NCBI RefSeq assembly: GCF_003704095.1 | Contig: NW_020847248.1 | Span: 806,001 to 870,000 of the forward strand | From: Pocillopora damicornis | Lineage: Eukaryota | Length of the DNA stretch: 64,000 bases | Direction of reading: 5' to 3' | Part shown: in pieces, positions 38,905 through 50,800 of the stretch | How positions within the stretch are numbered: position 1 is the first letter of the stretch | Layout: the number at the start of each line of letters is the position of its first letter | The notes under the pieces: generated by a model | The model's database searches: none | Seen by the model: only the letters and a program-made list of their open reading frames with translations | Told to the model about the DNA's origin: nothing | Made by a program: the position numbers and the translations under genes

Positions 38905-41900
38905 ATGACGTCTTGCTCGACTGCAGCGAACTGGCAATCAAAAATCCTGAAGAAAGAGTACCAAAACTGGCTGGCTGTAAGCCACGCCCTTTCTCTTATG
39001 TGTGATGGGCTAAGGCCTTTCATCGAGAGGGAGATCAAAGCCTTTCATCAAGTGTTAATGGCAAACCTTACCTCTACACCCCCTTGCACCTGTAGAAACC
39101 CCCTAAAACACTCTTGTGCTTGGGCTACACAGCTTTTAATGTACCATANNNNNNNNNNNNNNNNNNNNNNNNNNNNNNNNNNNNNNNNNNNNNNNNNNNN
39201 NNNNNNNNNNNNNNNNNNNNNNNNNNNNNNNNNNNNNNNNNNNNNNNNCCACGATCGGTATCCTGTTTCATCAAATTCGTTTCCAGTTCATTGTAGAGCC
39301 AGCGCCGTCCAGTGAACCTTTCTCGAGCATTACTTAAGTAGCTTATGAAATTGAATTCCTTACTGTCAAAAGGAACAAAACCATCTTCCATCGGGCAACC
39401 TGAAAGGAAAAAAAAAGTAAACTGAAAACAACTGCGTTGACAGTTTCGATGTTTATTTCGAATAACTTTCAGACATAGTTTGATGCTACACTGGTTTGCA
39501 GATTTAATGAATGTAACCGAAGAAGTTACAATTCATAGACCCAACGTTTCGACACTCCTGTCTAGTGCCTTCATCAGGGGTGATCTAAACGCTGCAACAA
39601 GAAGTCCTTTTATATGATCACTAATTAGCGGCCTTTTTTCTGACGAGGTGTAAATAGGCGTCAGGAAGCAGACCGCCATCGTCACGATTTAAAGGAGCGT
39701 GGGCGGAGTTAATGTGCCAAGCCTCCAAACAATTATTTTTTGATTTCAAGAGAATTTTAAATAGCCACAACGTTAAAGTTGCTCAAAAACCTTTTCAGAC
39801 TTTGGGGCATATTTTCGCCAAACCTAAGGATCCTGTCACGAAAGAACAACGAACCGAATTTATTCTATTCCTTGCAATGACTGTGACAACGAATACATCG
39901 GACAGACCAAACGCCAGTTTGGTTCACGGTTAAAAGAGCACCAATTACTGGATAAAGCAAAACACAGATAAGAGTAGTTTGAACGGTCCTAACTCGTCAC
40001 CTTTACCAAAACTCGAACAGAAAGCTGTCCTCTTTACTCTCTATCTTTTCATTGGCATTGCTTTGCCTCTAGTTAGATAATCAAATTAGCTGTTCATCCA
40101 TATCTGACAGAGTCAAAACTCACCATCGTTGTAAGAGTTCTTACTTAAACATCTAGGGCGACTCAGGAGTACCATTAACAACAACCACAGAGTGAAGTAC
40201 TTATTCATGCCGCGAAGGTTGTCAAAGACAAACTGCTTTCCCCTTGTAAATATCCATCTGACAAGGTTTGAANNNNNNNNNNNNNNNNNNNNNNNNNNNN
40301 NNNNNNNNNNNNNNNNNNNNNNNNNNNNNNNNNNNNNNNNNNNNNNNNNNNNNNNNNNNNNNNNNNNNNNNNGTGGCGCCAAAGCGACTCTTACAAGTGG
40401 ACAGATCCAAACCTTGGTTACTGGGAGGTAGCCAAACTTTTCATGTCCGATTTGGGGAACAGCGCTGTTGATGTGATAGATGCGAGTAGTACCGATTGCA
40501 CGGGATTGACCAGTCTACTCTTCTGGTGTTCTCACTTTCCCGTACAACACCATCTAGTTGAAGAGGTGCGAAAGACGCGAAATACTAGATGGGGACACGC
40601 TCCGAGACAGGAACTAACAGATGGAGAAAAGGCAGATGCCCTTACAGCAATAAGAAATCTCCTTCAAGATCCGAACTTAATTTCTGACAATGGCGCCAAA
40701 GCGGCTCTCGCAGAGATTGACGCAATGGAGAAGGATTTCGATGCACGAAGTATTGAAAGGAAAGTTCTGGCAGATTTCCAAGAGACAGTGTGTGGTCAAC
40801 TGGATGACATTGAAGGGGAAATTAAGGCCTTCAGGAAAGACTGCAAAGGTGTAAGCAACAAGGTAGAGAAGAAACTGTTGAGCTTACAAACCCGACAGAC
40901 GAAGGTCTTCAAACTTCTGAAAAGTATTGATGACAGAATGGAGGACGCGGCAAATCGAAACCTTTCATATGTAACACAAGTTTCAAACCTTGTCAGATGG
41001 ATATTTACAAGGGGAAAGCAGTTTGTCTTTGACAATGTTCGCAGCATGAATATAAAGTCCCTCACTCTGTGGTTGCTGTTAATGGTACTCCTGAGTTGCT
41101 TTAGATGTTTAAGTAAGAACTCTTACAACGATGGTGAGTTATGACTCTGTCAGCTACTTTCAGTAATATACTACATTTGTTTTCAATTACTTATTGGTGT
41201 GCGATCGAAAAAGGGGAAGACCGGACAAAGGTTTTAAGCACGATATGGATGAAGAGCTAATTTGATAATCTAATTAGAAGCAAATCAATGCAAATGAAAA
41301 GAAAGAGAGTAAAGAGGACAGCTTTCTGTTCGAGTTTCGGTAAAGGTGACTGGTTAGGACCGTTCAAACAACTATTATCTGTGTTTTGCTTTATCCAGTA
41401 ATTCGTTTCATGATAACTGTCTACAACAAAAAAGATGCTTCCTACCCTTAATAGCAGTTAATCAAAGAGATCGATCACGAAAGGCGAAAGTGAGTGGTTA
41501 AGTTAATTTGTTGGGTACTGAGAAAGACTGAGGAGACCTTAAGACGAAAACAAAAAGTTATTCGAAATAAACATCTAAACTGTCAACGCAATTGTTTTCA
41601 GTTTATTTTTTTTTCTTTTCAGGGTGCCCGATGGAAGATGGTTTTGTTCCTTTTGACAGTAAGGAATTCAATTTCACAAGCTACTTGAGTAATGCCCGAG
41701 AAAGATTCACTGGACGGCTCTGGCTCTACAATGAACTGGAAACGAATTTGATGAAACAGGATACCGATCGTGGGGTTCTAGTAATTGGTGAGCCAGGCGC
41801 AGGGAAATCTGCACTGACTGCCCAATTGATCTGTTCTCGCTCATCTAATCCTTTTATTCACAAAAGAATCATTGGTTACCATTTATGTAAGCACGCAGAC

Positions 41901-44900
41901 AAAGCAACTCAAGACCCTGGTCGATTTGTTCGCAATTTGGTCGACTTGATGGCCAGAAGAGTTCCAGAATATGGAATGTTGGTCTCTAACAGCTCATTCA
42001 TCCTTTCAGTTCTAGAGAGAAGTTGTTTAAGAGATCCGTTTGAATGCTTTGAACAGGCTGTGATGGCGCCACTTTTGCAGTTAAAAGGTGAACCTCAAAT
42101 CTATTTCATTGTCATAGATGCCTTAGACGAATGCTCGTCAGAGAGTGGAGGGACTTCAGTGGTTCAGTTTATCATAGAAACGTCCAGTAAGCTGCCAAAA
42201 TGGATCAGGCTTGTGATGACTTCTCGCAATGACTCAAATGTATTAAAACACTTCAGTCATTTCCCCAAAGTGTATTTGTCATCCACAGATGCACGAAACT
42301 TACAAGACATCGAGGTATTTATCACCGCTAAACTATTCGAAGATGCGCCGATTCTCGAAAGATTGAAAGTTATGTTAGGTTTTAGTAGCGGTGAAGAAAT
42401 TTCTTTCCTGACGAGCAGGTTATTGAGCCAGAGCCAAGGAAATTTTCTTTACGTAAAAGAAATGTTCCATTTTTGGAAAGACGATAGGAATAATGAGGTA
42501 GACTTCGGACATATCCCAAAAACAATTGGTGGGATTTACGAGAGATACTTGAAAAGGATCTATGGTTCCAGAGAGAAATTCAAGCCCGCTCTAGCTATTC
42601 TAGAGATCATGGTGGCTGCATTTGAGCCGATGCCGGTTGATAATTTGTATCGAGTTTTAAGAACGCGGGAAAACATCGACTATGAATATGAATTTGTTTA
42701 CGCGCTTAAGGATCTTTCACATTTTATCAGATATGGAGAAGACAACACCATCACTATATTCCACCTTTCCTTTACGGAGTGGCTCACTAGCAATGGAAAC
42801 CTTGGAAACCCATTCTATGTAAGTCTGAAACGTGGTCACAGACGCTTAGCGGAATACTATTTAAGTGTTGTAAAAAAGACCCAGAACTCTGCTATGGACA
42901 TCTACCGTTTAGCTCAACACGTTACTTTTGGAGAGGGTGATGACAATTTTCTGGAAGAGTTTGGCAATATCAAAGCTTCTTACATAAATACCTCTATTGA
43001 CGTCGAGAACAGGACCCTTCTTCATCTTGCTGCAGCAAATAGCAATAAAAAAATTCTTGAGCTACTTGTTCCAGCGTTTGATAGCGTTGATTGTGAGGAC
43101 AACTATGGCTTTACTCCTGGCTTTGTTGCAGCAAAGAGCGGTCTCAAAGAAAACGTTGAATTTCTCGTCAGTAAGGGAGCTAAAATTGAACACCGAACAA
43201 AGCCGCCACCTTCTTTCTACTCTCTACTGAATAGCTCAGTAGTTTCAATTGATCCTATTGAACGAGCCAAAACCACCCTTTGGAACTCCACTATGATGCA
43301 CGCCGCTGCATCAGGAGGTCATGTTGCCGTAATACGAGCTCTTCTGAAAAGGAACGCTTCGTTTCGAGAAGTAAATGGTGTTAACTTGACAGCCATCCAG
43401 CTTGCAGCACAAAATGGACATTTAGATGTTGTTAAGCTTTTGTACTATAGTGGGGCAAATGTAGACCACCTTTGTCTTCAACATGCAGCTCACGCTGGCC
43501 ATACAGAGGTTGTTAAATTCCTCATGAAGATTGGTATACTGGACACCTGCATGCGATGTGATGGTATATTTTACTGGCTTGGAAACAAAGTCCGATATCA
43601 GGCAGGGCCTAGTTATAACTTCAAAGACGCAGATGCGTACATTTTGGCAGACGATAATTACAGAATCAAATGCCAAAGTGCACTTCATTTAGCAGTCACT
43701 GAAAAACATACAGAGGTTGTTAAACTGCTACTTTCTGGGGAAGATAAGACAATCCATTGTAAGGACTTCACAGGCCGAACTCCTCTTCATGAAGCGATAA
43801 GACAAAATCATGTGGAAATATCAGAGCTTCTTATACGAAGTGGTGCTAGAGTTTCTCAAAAATGCATGCGCTTTCAAAATTTATCTTCTGTTTGCAACAG
43901 CTCGGAGAAGAAGTGTATTCAGCAAAGAACATTTTTGAGTAAAAGAGAGCTAGAAGAATACCAAAAGGATCTGTGCCATTGTGGCACCACACCCTTTCTA
44001 CTTGCAGCAAGATACGGTCATATTGAGGTCGCTTCCCTGCTTTTGCGGTATGGTGCAAAGTGTGACGATAAGGATTGCCAAGGGGCCACGGTTCTTCACA
44101 TTGCTGCATGTCATGGACATTACGATTTAATTAGGTGGCTCATCTCTCAACGTACTTCTCTTCATCTTAACATGAAAAGTAAAAACCTGTCTACACCACT
44201 TCATAGTAGCGCCATTTGTAAAATCAACAGAAACATTAAACCTCTGTTAGACATGGGTGCAAATATCTATGAAACTGATGAGAACGGAATGACGCCTCTG
44301 CATTACACTGTCATGAATGCATATGAAACCGATTCAATTGTATTATTTCGTAGAGAGATTGTGGACGGTTCGTTGTTTACCACAGTTCTGGGGTCAAAGG
44401 GTGATGTTACAGTGACACATGATTCTGATGTCATTTACAGGACTTTGCCGTTAAACTTTCAGTGTTCAAAGCTTATAGACATTATAGAATCATCAAATAA
44501 TTCGTACATAAATGCGATGGATATAAATGGAAGAACAGCCTTGCATCTCGCAGCAAAAAATGGAGAGGAGTGTTGTGTCATAAAGCTACTGGAAGGACGC
44601 GCAAGAGCAGATTTGAAGGACCTTCAAGGGAAAACTCCTCTTGACTTTGCCTCAGAGTTTTCTACCAAAGCGCATGAGTGCAGGTGTTGCAACAACATGG
44701 TTGATTTAGACATGATTCTGGCCGTAAACCAAAGATATCATAATTCAATAGTTGACATTCTCCTCTCAAGAGAGGTTGACTTCACCCAGACTTGTGACAA
44801 GGAAAAAACACATTTATTGCACCGCGCCCTTGAGATGCAAAACCCAGTAATTGTTTACCTTATACTTTCGAAGGGCCTTAGTCTAAGCTGTAAAGATGCA

Positions 44901-46634
44901 CTAGGTCGAACACCACTGGTAACTTACCTTCAAAATGGTGGAAAGTGGCTAGACGTAATCTTAGAACGATTTAATGTACCCATTCACATCGAATGTGGGA
45001 AGCCATTCAACATGTCCGAATTCCACTTGCTGGCATTTAGAAAGCCAACAGTCCCGTCAGACAACCTTCTGGAGTACCATACCTGTGATAACTTTTATTG
45101 TTTTACAGAAAATGGGCCCGTTATGAAAGCGATAAAGGTCCATCCCTTGGGATTCCGTGTCATAGACGAGTGTCGTGATGCAGAGGGATACACGGCGTTA
45201 CATAGAGCTGCTCAAGGTGGCAATCTGCTTGTACTAAAGACATTTCTCTCTTTAGGTGCTGATCCTACCGTTTTGACTTCTCAGGGTCATAGTGCTTTGG
45301 AACTTTCCATTATGTGTGCTGGGATAACCCCGTTCTCATTTCAACAAAATAGAAAAATTGCCGAGAAATCGGCTGATCTTTTGTTTCAAGCTTTGAAACG
45401 TTTGGCACACTTTGATGTTGGATGCAACAGAACCCATGCAAAGCTTACGATCTATCACTTGTCCGCTTATAGAGGTCTAACTGGCTTTGTGAGAATGCTT
45501 TTAAGTGATACTGGTCTCAAGGGAATTGACCCAAACTGCTCTAATCTACATGGTATAACACCTCTGTACCTGGCCAAACTCAATATTGGGACAGTGAACA
45601 CTTCCGAAGGTGAAAGAGATTACTGGCAGGAAATTACTGATTTGATTGAGAGCAATGGGGGTGTTCTCTCCTATCCTAATCGTGAGGTTGAGCTTCACGC
45701 AATATATCAACATCTCTACGGTAGTCACCTTGAACCGTTTACACTTGGTGTATTTGAAGCCGACGGTAAACAATTCTACAAAAACGAGCTAAGTACATGC
45801 ACGGAACATGATTTAAGATATTACAGTGCTGGTACAAAGATAAATCCTTACGCTGAAGAGATCGATGTAACCCTGAGGCAAATAATGAAGTCTCTCCGTA
45901 ATGGAATACTTCTTCCTGAGCAAAGAACGATAACACAAGCCTTAAAAATTCTCCTTGAGAGACAGCAAGCCTTACAAGATCTGTCTGTCCTGTTTCATGA
46001 CCTTGCAAGTGGGTTTGAAGAAATTAATCTAAACGAGGACAGCATTGGGGTGAAGGCTATCACGGACAAAACAAGCTCTCTAGCCGTTCAGTACCCAAGC
46101 TTTGTTCCAACTAACACAATGCAGTCTTTGTTCATCCTAAAAGACAAGACACGTCGCAGCGAAGAGCGTCTTCGTAAGCTTCATTTCGAACACAAGTCTG
46201 TAAAAGCGATCAATCGCCACGAACTAATGTATCTTAACAAGTTTTGGTATGAATACAAGAATCTCTTGGGATATAGTAAGGAGTTCTTCAATCTTCTCGA
46301 AAAGTACGAAAGAAGTGAAGTATGCGAGGACGAACTTTTTCAAGCCACACTATTGAAATTAGCGTTTCAAACTTATGTTTCAAAATCTAGAGTAAATAAT
46401 CCGATAAGTTTGACGCGAGATAGACTTGAAAACGCAGAGTTTTTTTCCAGCCGGATCCCAAAGGAGTGGATAGTTACGCAAAAGGGAGGCTGGAATCGAG
46501 CTGTTAAGTTTCTTTATCAGCGGGCAACCAAGAGAGATTTAGCTTTCGACTATCTTAAAGATTTAAGTTTGGGATCTGATACGGACACGCGGATTCCACT
46601 GAGTGCAGATTCCCTATTTTGGCTCCATTTTTAG
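38905..46634 (+). CDS. ~2,010 aa DUF4559/CXorf38-like HEPN domain - coiled coil - hydrophobic anchor - NACHT/STAND (TANC/NPHP3-like) NTPase - ankyrin repeat protein; coding segments 38905-39148, [gap] 40373-41133, 41623-46634
   Basis: EYQNWLAVSHALSLMCDGLRPFIERE, YWEVAKLFM, DCTGLTSLLFWCSHF and RNTRWGH match CXorf38-type motifs. A phase-1 splice (GATG|gtgagt ... ttttcag|GGTGC) joins in frame. Walker A GEPGAGKS, Walker B FIVIDALDEC, LVMTSR, GNFLY, IFHLSFTEWL, and many TPLH/TALH ankyrin motifs. Confidence 0.85.
39470..39946 (-). mobile_element. Truncated, internally inverted Penelope-like retroelement (GIY-YIG remnant)
   Basis: Plus strand KRILNSHNVKVAQKPFQTL...IYSIPCNDCDNEYIGQTKRQFGSRLKEH (frameshifted); minus strand EAWHINSAHAPLNRDDGGLLPDAYLHL followed by a hammerhead. 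Absent from the orthologous intron 41134-41622. Confidence 0.85.
39536..39587 (-). ncRNA. Minimal type I hammerhead ribozyme of the Penelope-like element
   Basis: TAGAtcaCCC-CTGATGA-aGGCACTagacaggAGTGTC-GAAA-CGTT-GGGTCTA: intact core, stem I and stem II pair, palindromic stem III. Confidence 0.8.
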
Positions 46635-47867
46635 AAAATAGCAACTGGGATAAAAGAAGCGACAATTTAATGATAAGATATATCTTTGAACAGTTCTTTT
46701 GAAATCTCCACTTTAAGATATCGCAAAGTACAAAGTTGAATTTAAAAGGTTACCCAGAACGTTGATTGGTATACACACCATTGTATTGTTACAATGGTTT
46801 CAAGAAGAGTCAATGAGAGATGAGAATGGGTTTGTGAAGCTAAAGGTAACTGGTAACTGGTCAGTGGTTCAATCAAAGTTCTCTCGCGTTTAAAGCTAAT
46901 GACAGTAGTTGATCAAGACATCTAAGATTGCTATTTTATGATCAACTGCTTCCAAGTGTTCCCAAATCTCACGGGGCTAAGCTAATTTGACATGGTTTCT
47001 TCCATATGGAGGTAGCTTGCGAAAGATCCTATTGCAATTTTAAGATTCCTTTTAAGAAGATACATATCACTGGTAGAATTCAAGTTTCTTCCCCTTTTCT
47101 TACAATTTGCAATGAAATAAATATACTTGCACCTTACGTTCTCTTTGATTTTCCTGTTTACTTTACGGTCATAAGGAATTTGCAATTTTTTAATGTTTTT
47201 ATGTTTTTATTATAAAACACCATCTCGTGTCATAACACTAAAGCATTGTCATCACGTCAAAACGTATCTTATTGAGTTTCACGCGGGCTGAACATGTGAG
47301 TTAAGTGGTGGCAGTGATGAAAGTTGAACCCAAGCCGCAGAAGAGACTGGTGCCGCAAACCAATGCCCTAAAACACGGTCATGATACCTGTCGAAGAGCA
47401 AAAGTTAGCAGTACCGCGAAACTAAATTTTTCGATGCAGTCACAAAAGAATACAATTCGTTCATTATGTTACATGGAGGGCGTTCGAGAAGGCGATGAGA
47501 CGAATGCTCCATGAATAATGAAATTTCGCGTTGGGTTTGTAGACGATGACAATAACTTACTCGAGGAGTATTTAAATCGTTCAGCTTGACTTTGTTACAG
47601 TGACAGCGTTAGTGTAAGAACCTGCACATTGTCGTCAAATTCGGATTTGAATGCAAGGAAAGATAACTTTCCTATCTCACCGCTAAATGGTTTTTAAATA
47701 CTTTAATCTTAATTTGTACACGGAAATCAAACTCTACACAACGTTTCTTTCAAGTCTTATAATATCAACCTTCACTTATCCTTAAATATTGTACAATATT
47801 AACGCAAAACATCAAGTTATCGTCAGTGGAGAGCCTTGACAAGTAACTTCCTTTTAGTACAAGAAAT

Positions 47868-50800
47868 CTACTGGAAAGATTCCTCCCTGTTCAGAGCAGC
47901 CACACTCTGTTTCACTATCTTCGAGAAACCACTGCAAATTAAAGAAAAGCACGTGAGTAATCCGACCCGACAATTTCAAATTTAGCGTCAGGAAATAAAC
48001 TTCAGCAGAAGCTTGTGGGCAATTAACTAAAGAGTTAAAAGAGATTTACTCCTTAGAGCGTCTCGGTGATGTCTATAGTTTTAAGCTGAAAAGGCTCTGT
48101 CTTAATCTTAAACCATTGCTATTAAAACGGTTCAACTGTGCAATTCGATTAGATTTTTCTAACGATGAAACACAAATCTAATATGAAGAATGTCAAATTT
48201 TGACATAAAGAACGAAGATTTTCTTTAACCACGAACGCGTCGTATGCTTAAAATCTGTTTTACAGAGTCAGAAAGCAAATAGACGCCTAAGCCCATAAGA
48301 ATGTTTGAGAGACGAACAAGGTAATTGATAAGTATTAAGTAGGATCAACTGGTACGCTTCTGACCAATGAGGCGCTCTAATTATAAGAAAGGAAGTGCCT
48401 AACGCATCTCTGAGGGGTAAATATTATGCACAGCATTCTTTTACTCTGAACTGATAAATTACTTTTCGTCCTTGTATATCCTAAAGTAGTAGTCTACAAA
48501 ATCGCTTCTCCCAAGATTTTCCACAAACTCTTCATCATGGGTGATGATCACAAGTTGAAAGTTTCTCTGCAGATGTCTGGTTCTGATGACGCTGAAAAAA
48601 ATTAATGAGAACCAGGCAACAATGGGCAACTATATCAGTAAGCCACACTGACACACTGACTAACAAGGACAATTTGTTTACAAGGAACCCAAATTACAAA
48701 AGTGGTATTCAGTGGGTCCTGTAGAACCTTACAACAGTGCCTCTTCAGTAATAAAATTCGTTGTTGTTTTTCTTCCCACACAAACTCAACCACTTTTGCA
48801 ATTCTAACTCTCATGAAACTGAGTATCGGCCCACTAACGAAGACAACTATCAAACTTACCATTTCTAAACAAAATAAATGGCACATCTGGATGAAAAGAA
48901 ACGTTTTTTTTCTTTTTAATCTTTCAAAGCAAACTAGGGTGACCCGAGAACTTTCTAAAGACAACTGTGGGTGGCTGATCAAAACCTAATGAGGCGATAA
49001 AAATCGTGAAAAATCTGCAAACATCAAACTATAAACAGCAGCAGATTGCTTAGTTCACAGCAGTAAGCTGAGCAGTATTATCAGAGAAACTTACGCTGCT
49101 AATTGGTTCGCAAGACTCTCTATGTTATCTTCATCCAAATTTGTAGTCGGTTCGTCGAGAGTTAAAATACCGCAGTTCAGACAAAATGTTTCTGCTAGAG
49201 CTAATCTGATTATCAACGATGCCAGAACCTGTCAAAGCAAAATAGCAGCGGACGAAAAGCAGTGAGAGGGTTTGTAAAAAGGAAAAAGGAAATTAAATTA
49301 AAATTTTCCAAACAGTCTCTGATTATATACCGGACCAGCAATACACAATCGTTTGTCCTTCAGAAAGTCAAATGTCACCTCTCATTTGCACAATTACGAT
49401 TTATGTTTCGAAGGTCGGGGGAAGGGTGGTAAAAAGATCTCCAAGTGACAAAGAATATCAAAATTTCAGACTTAGGTGGCTTGCCTATGCAGCTCAATTG
49501 ACAGTGTACCAGGCAAATAGTTGTAAAAAAGATGACACAAACACACTTCAAAAAAAAAAATAATAAAATAAAATAATAATAATAATAATAATAACAATAA
49601 TAATAAAACAAAATAAAGAACGAAACCGAAAACAAGGTTCCTATGGTCGCAAGAGTACAATCTAAGATCTTTAATACCTGTTCGAAGGACGGTTGCCTCG
49701 TGGGGTCTTATCTTAGTGTAAGCTTCCAATTCAAGCCCCTAATGCTCAGGCACTGCGGCTGTGAAAAGAAATCAGCGAGTAAACAAACCTTCTGTCCAGC
49801 GCTACAGCGTCCTCTCATGTCCAGTACTGTGTCTCCTTTAACCATAACCACCTGATAAAACAGTGAAGTAAAAAGATTTACTTAATTCCAACGGGCGACA
49901 GAGCTGAATTATGTCTGCACTCTTCACGTGCACGCTTGTGAATCCTTACCAACAGCATACATCATTAAAAATATTCACCGACCACTAGAAGTTACCTAAA
50001 ATCTCCGGCAATTTCAATACATTATCCAGCGAAAAAAATAATTAAAATTGACCATCTTATCAGTTTAGGTCCGTTATCTTACAACAGACTCTCTTAAATA
50101 ATTGAGTAAAACTTTTAAAAAGCCTGAGAGGATAAATACTAATCAGAATCTTCGTAGTCCTCTGATAAAATGGCAAGACTATTTCACATAAAATGATGAA
50201 GTGGAGGACTCTTCTTCTTCAAAAAACTTATTTACCAAGATTACCTAGGGTTAAAAGAAAACAAAGCTTTTTACCCTGTAGTTATACGTCCGTCGTGCTT
50301 TAATCGCTCCACTTCCTTCTTCCTCGTCTGCACGAATTTCAATTGTATCGATATCTACAGAAAAACGATTTAGAGGAGATCTTTGACTTAATTATAAATT
50401 ACAGCGACAGCTCTATTGTCGAGTCTGCATTAAAAAAATTGTCACCACTGTAACGTTTAAACTCTAACAAGCTCCTTCTATCCTTTAGTCATTTTTTTCC
50501 CAGTTCGTCCCAATTTTTTTTATCGAATGCCTAGTCTTGATTTGCTGTCGCTTGTGTTATTATCTTTCAGGGACATTTTAAGGAGACTGGAAGGGTAAGC
50601 AGAAAACGGCCTTTTCATCTAAATATTTGGTCCAGCAAAATGACAAAGGAATATTCTCAAAATGACAGACAAGTGATTTGATGTGAGATACGGTCATTAC
50701 CACATATGATATACGAAATATATCATGTTTGAATGGCCTATCGATGAGAAGCCGGGGTTTCAATTTTTTTTCCATAAGCCGGCTGCCGATGATGTAATAG

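Larger units (their letters stand above)
39249..40272 (-). other. Gap-flanked contig holding the exon end, intron and next exon start of the minus-strand paralog (probably mis-scaffolded)
   Basis: Reads SNLVRWIFTRGKQFVFDNLRGMNKYFTLWLLLMVLLSRPRCLSKNSYNDG|intron|CPMEDGFVPFDSKEF...QDTDR, a diverged copy of 40982-41773. Confidence 0.85.

Noticed and set aside
41592-41622. Start of the 1680 aa ORF (MFSVYFFFFS)
   Set aside because: Non-ATG start within the polypyrimidine tract and acceptor of intron 41134-41622.
46982-47700. Short ORFs repeated at 27755-28332 that look conserved
   Set aside because: Similarity is due to the inverted duplication; frames and stops differ between copies and there are no recognisable motifs.
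48270-48408. Alternative last RAD50 exon ([10 protein letters not shown]...)
   Set aside because: No resemblance to RAD50 C-termini; exon 47868-47931 fits much better.
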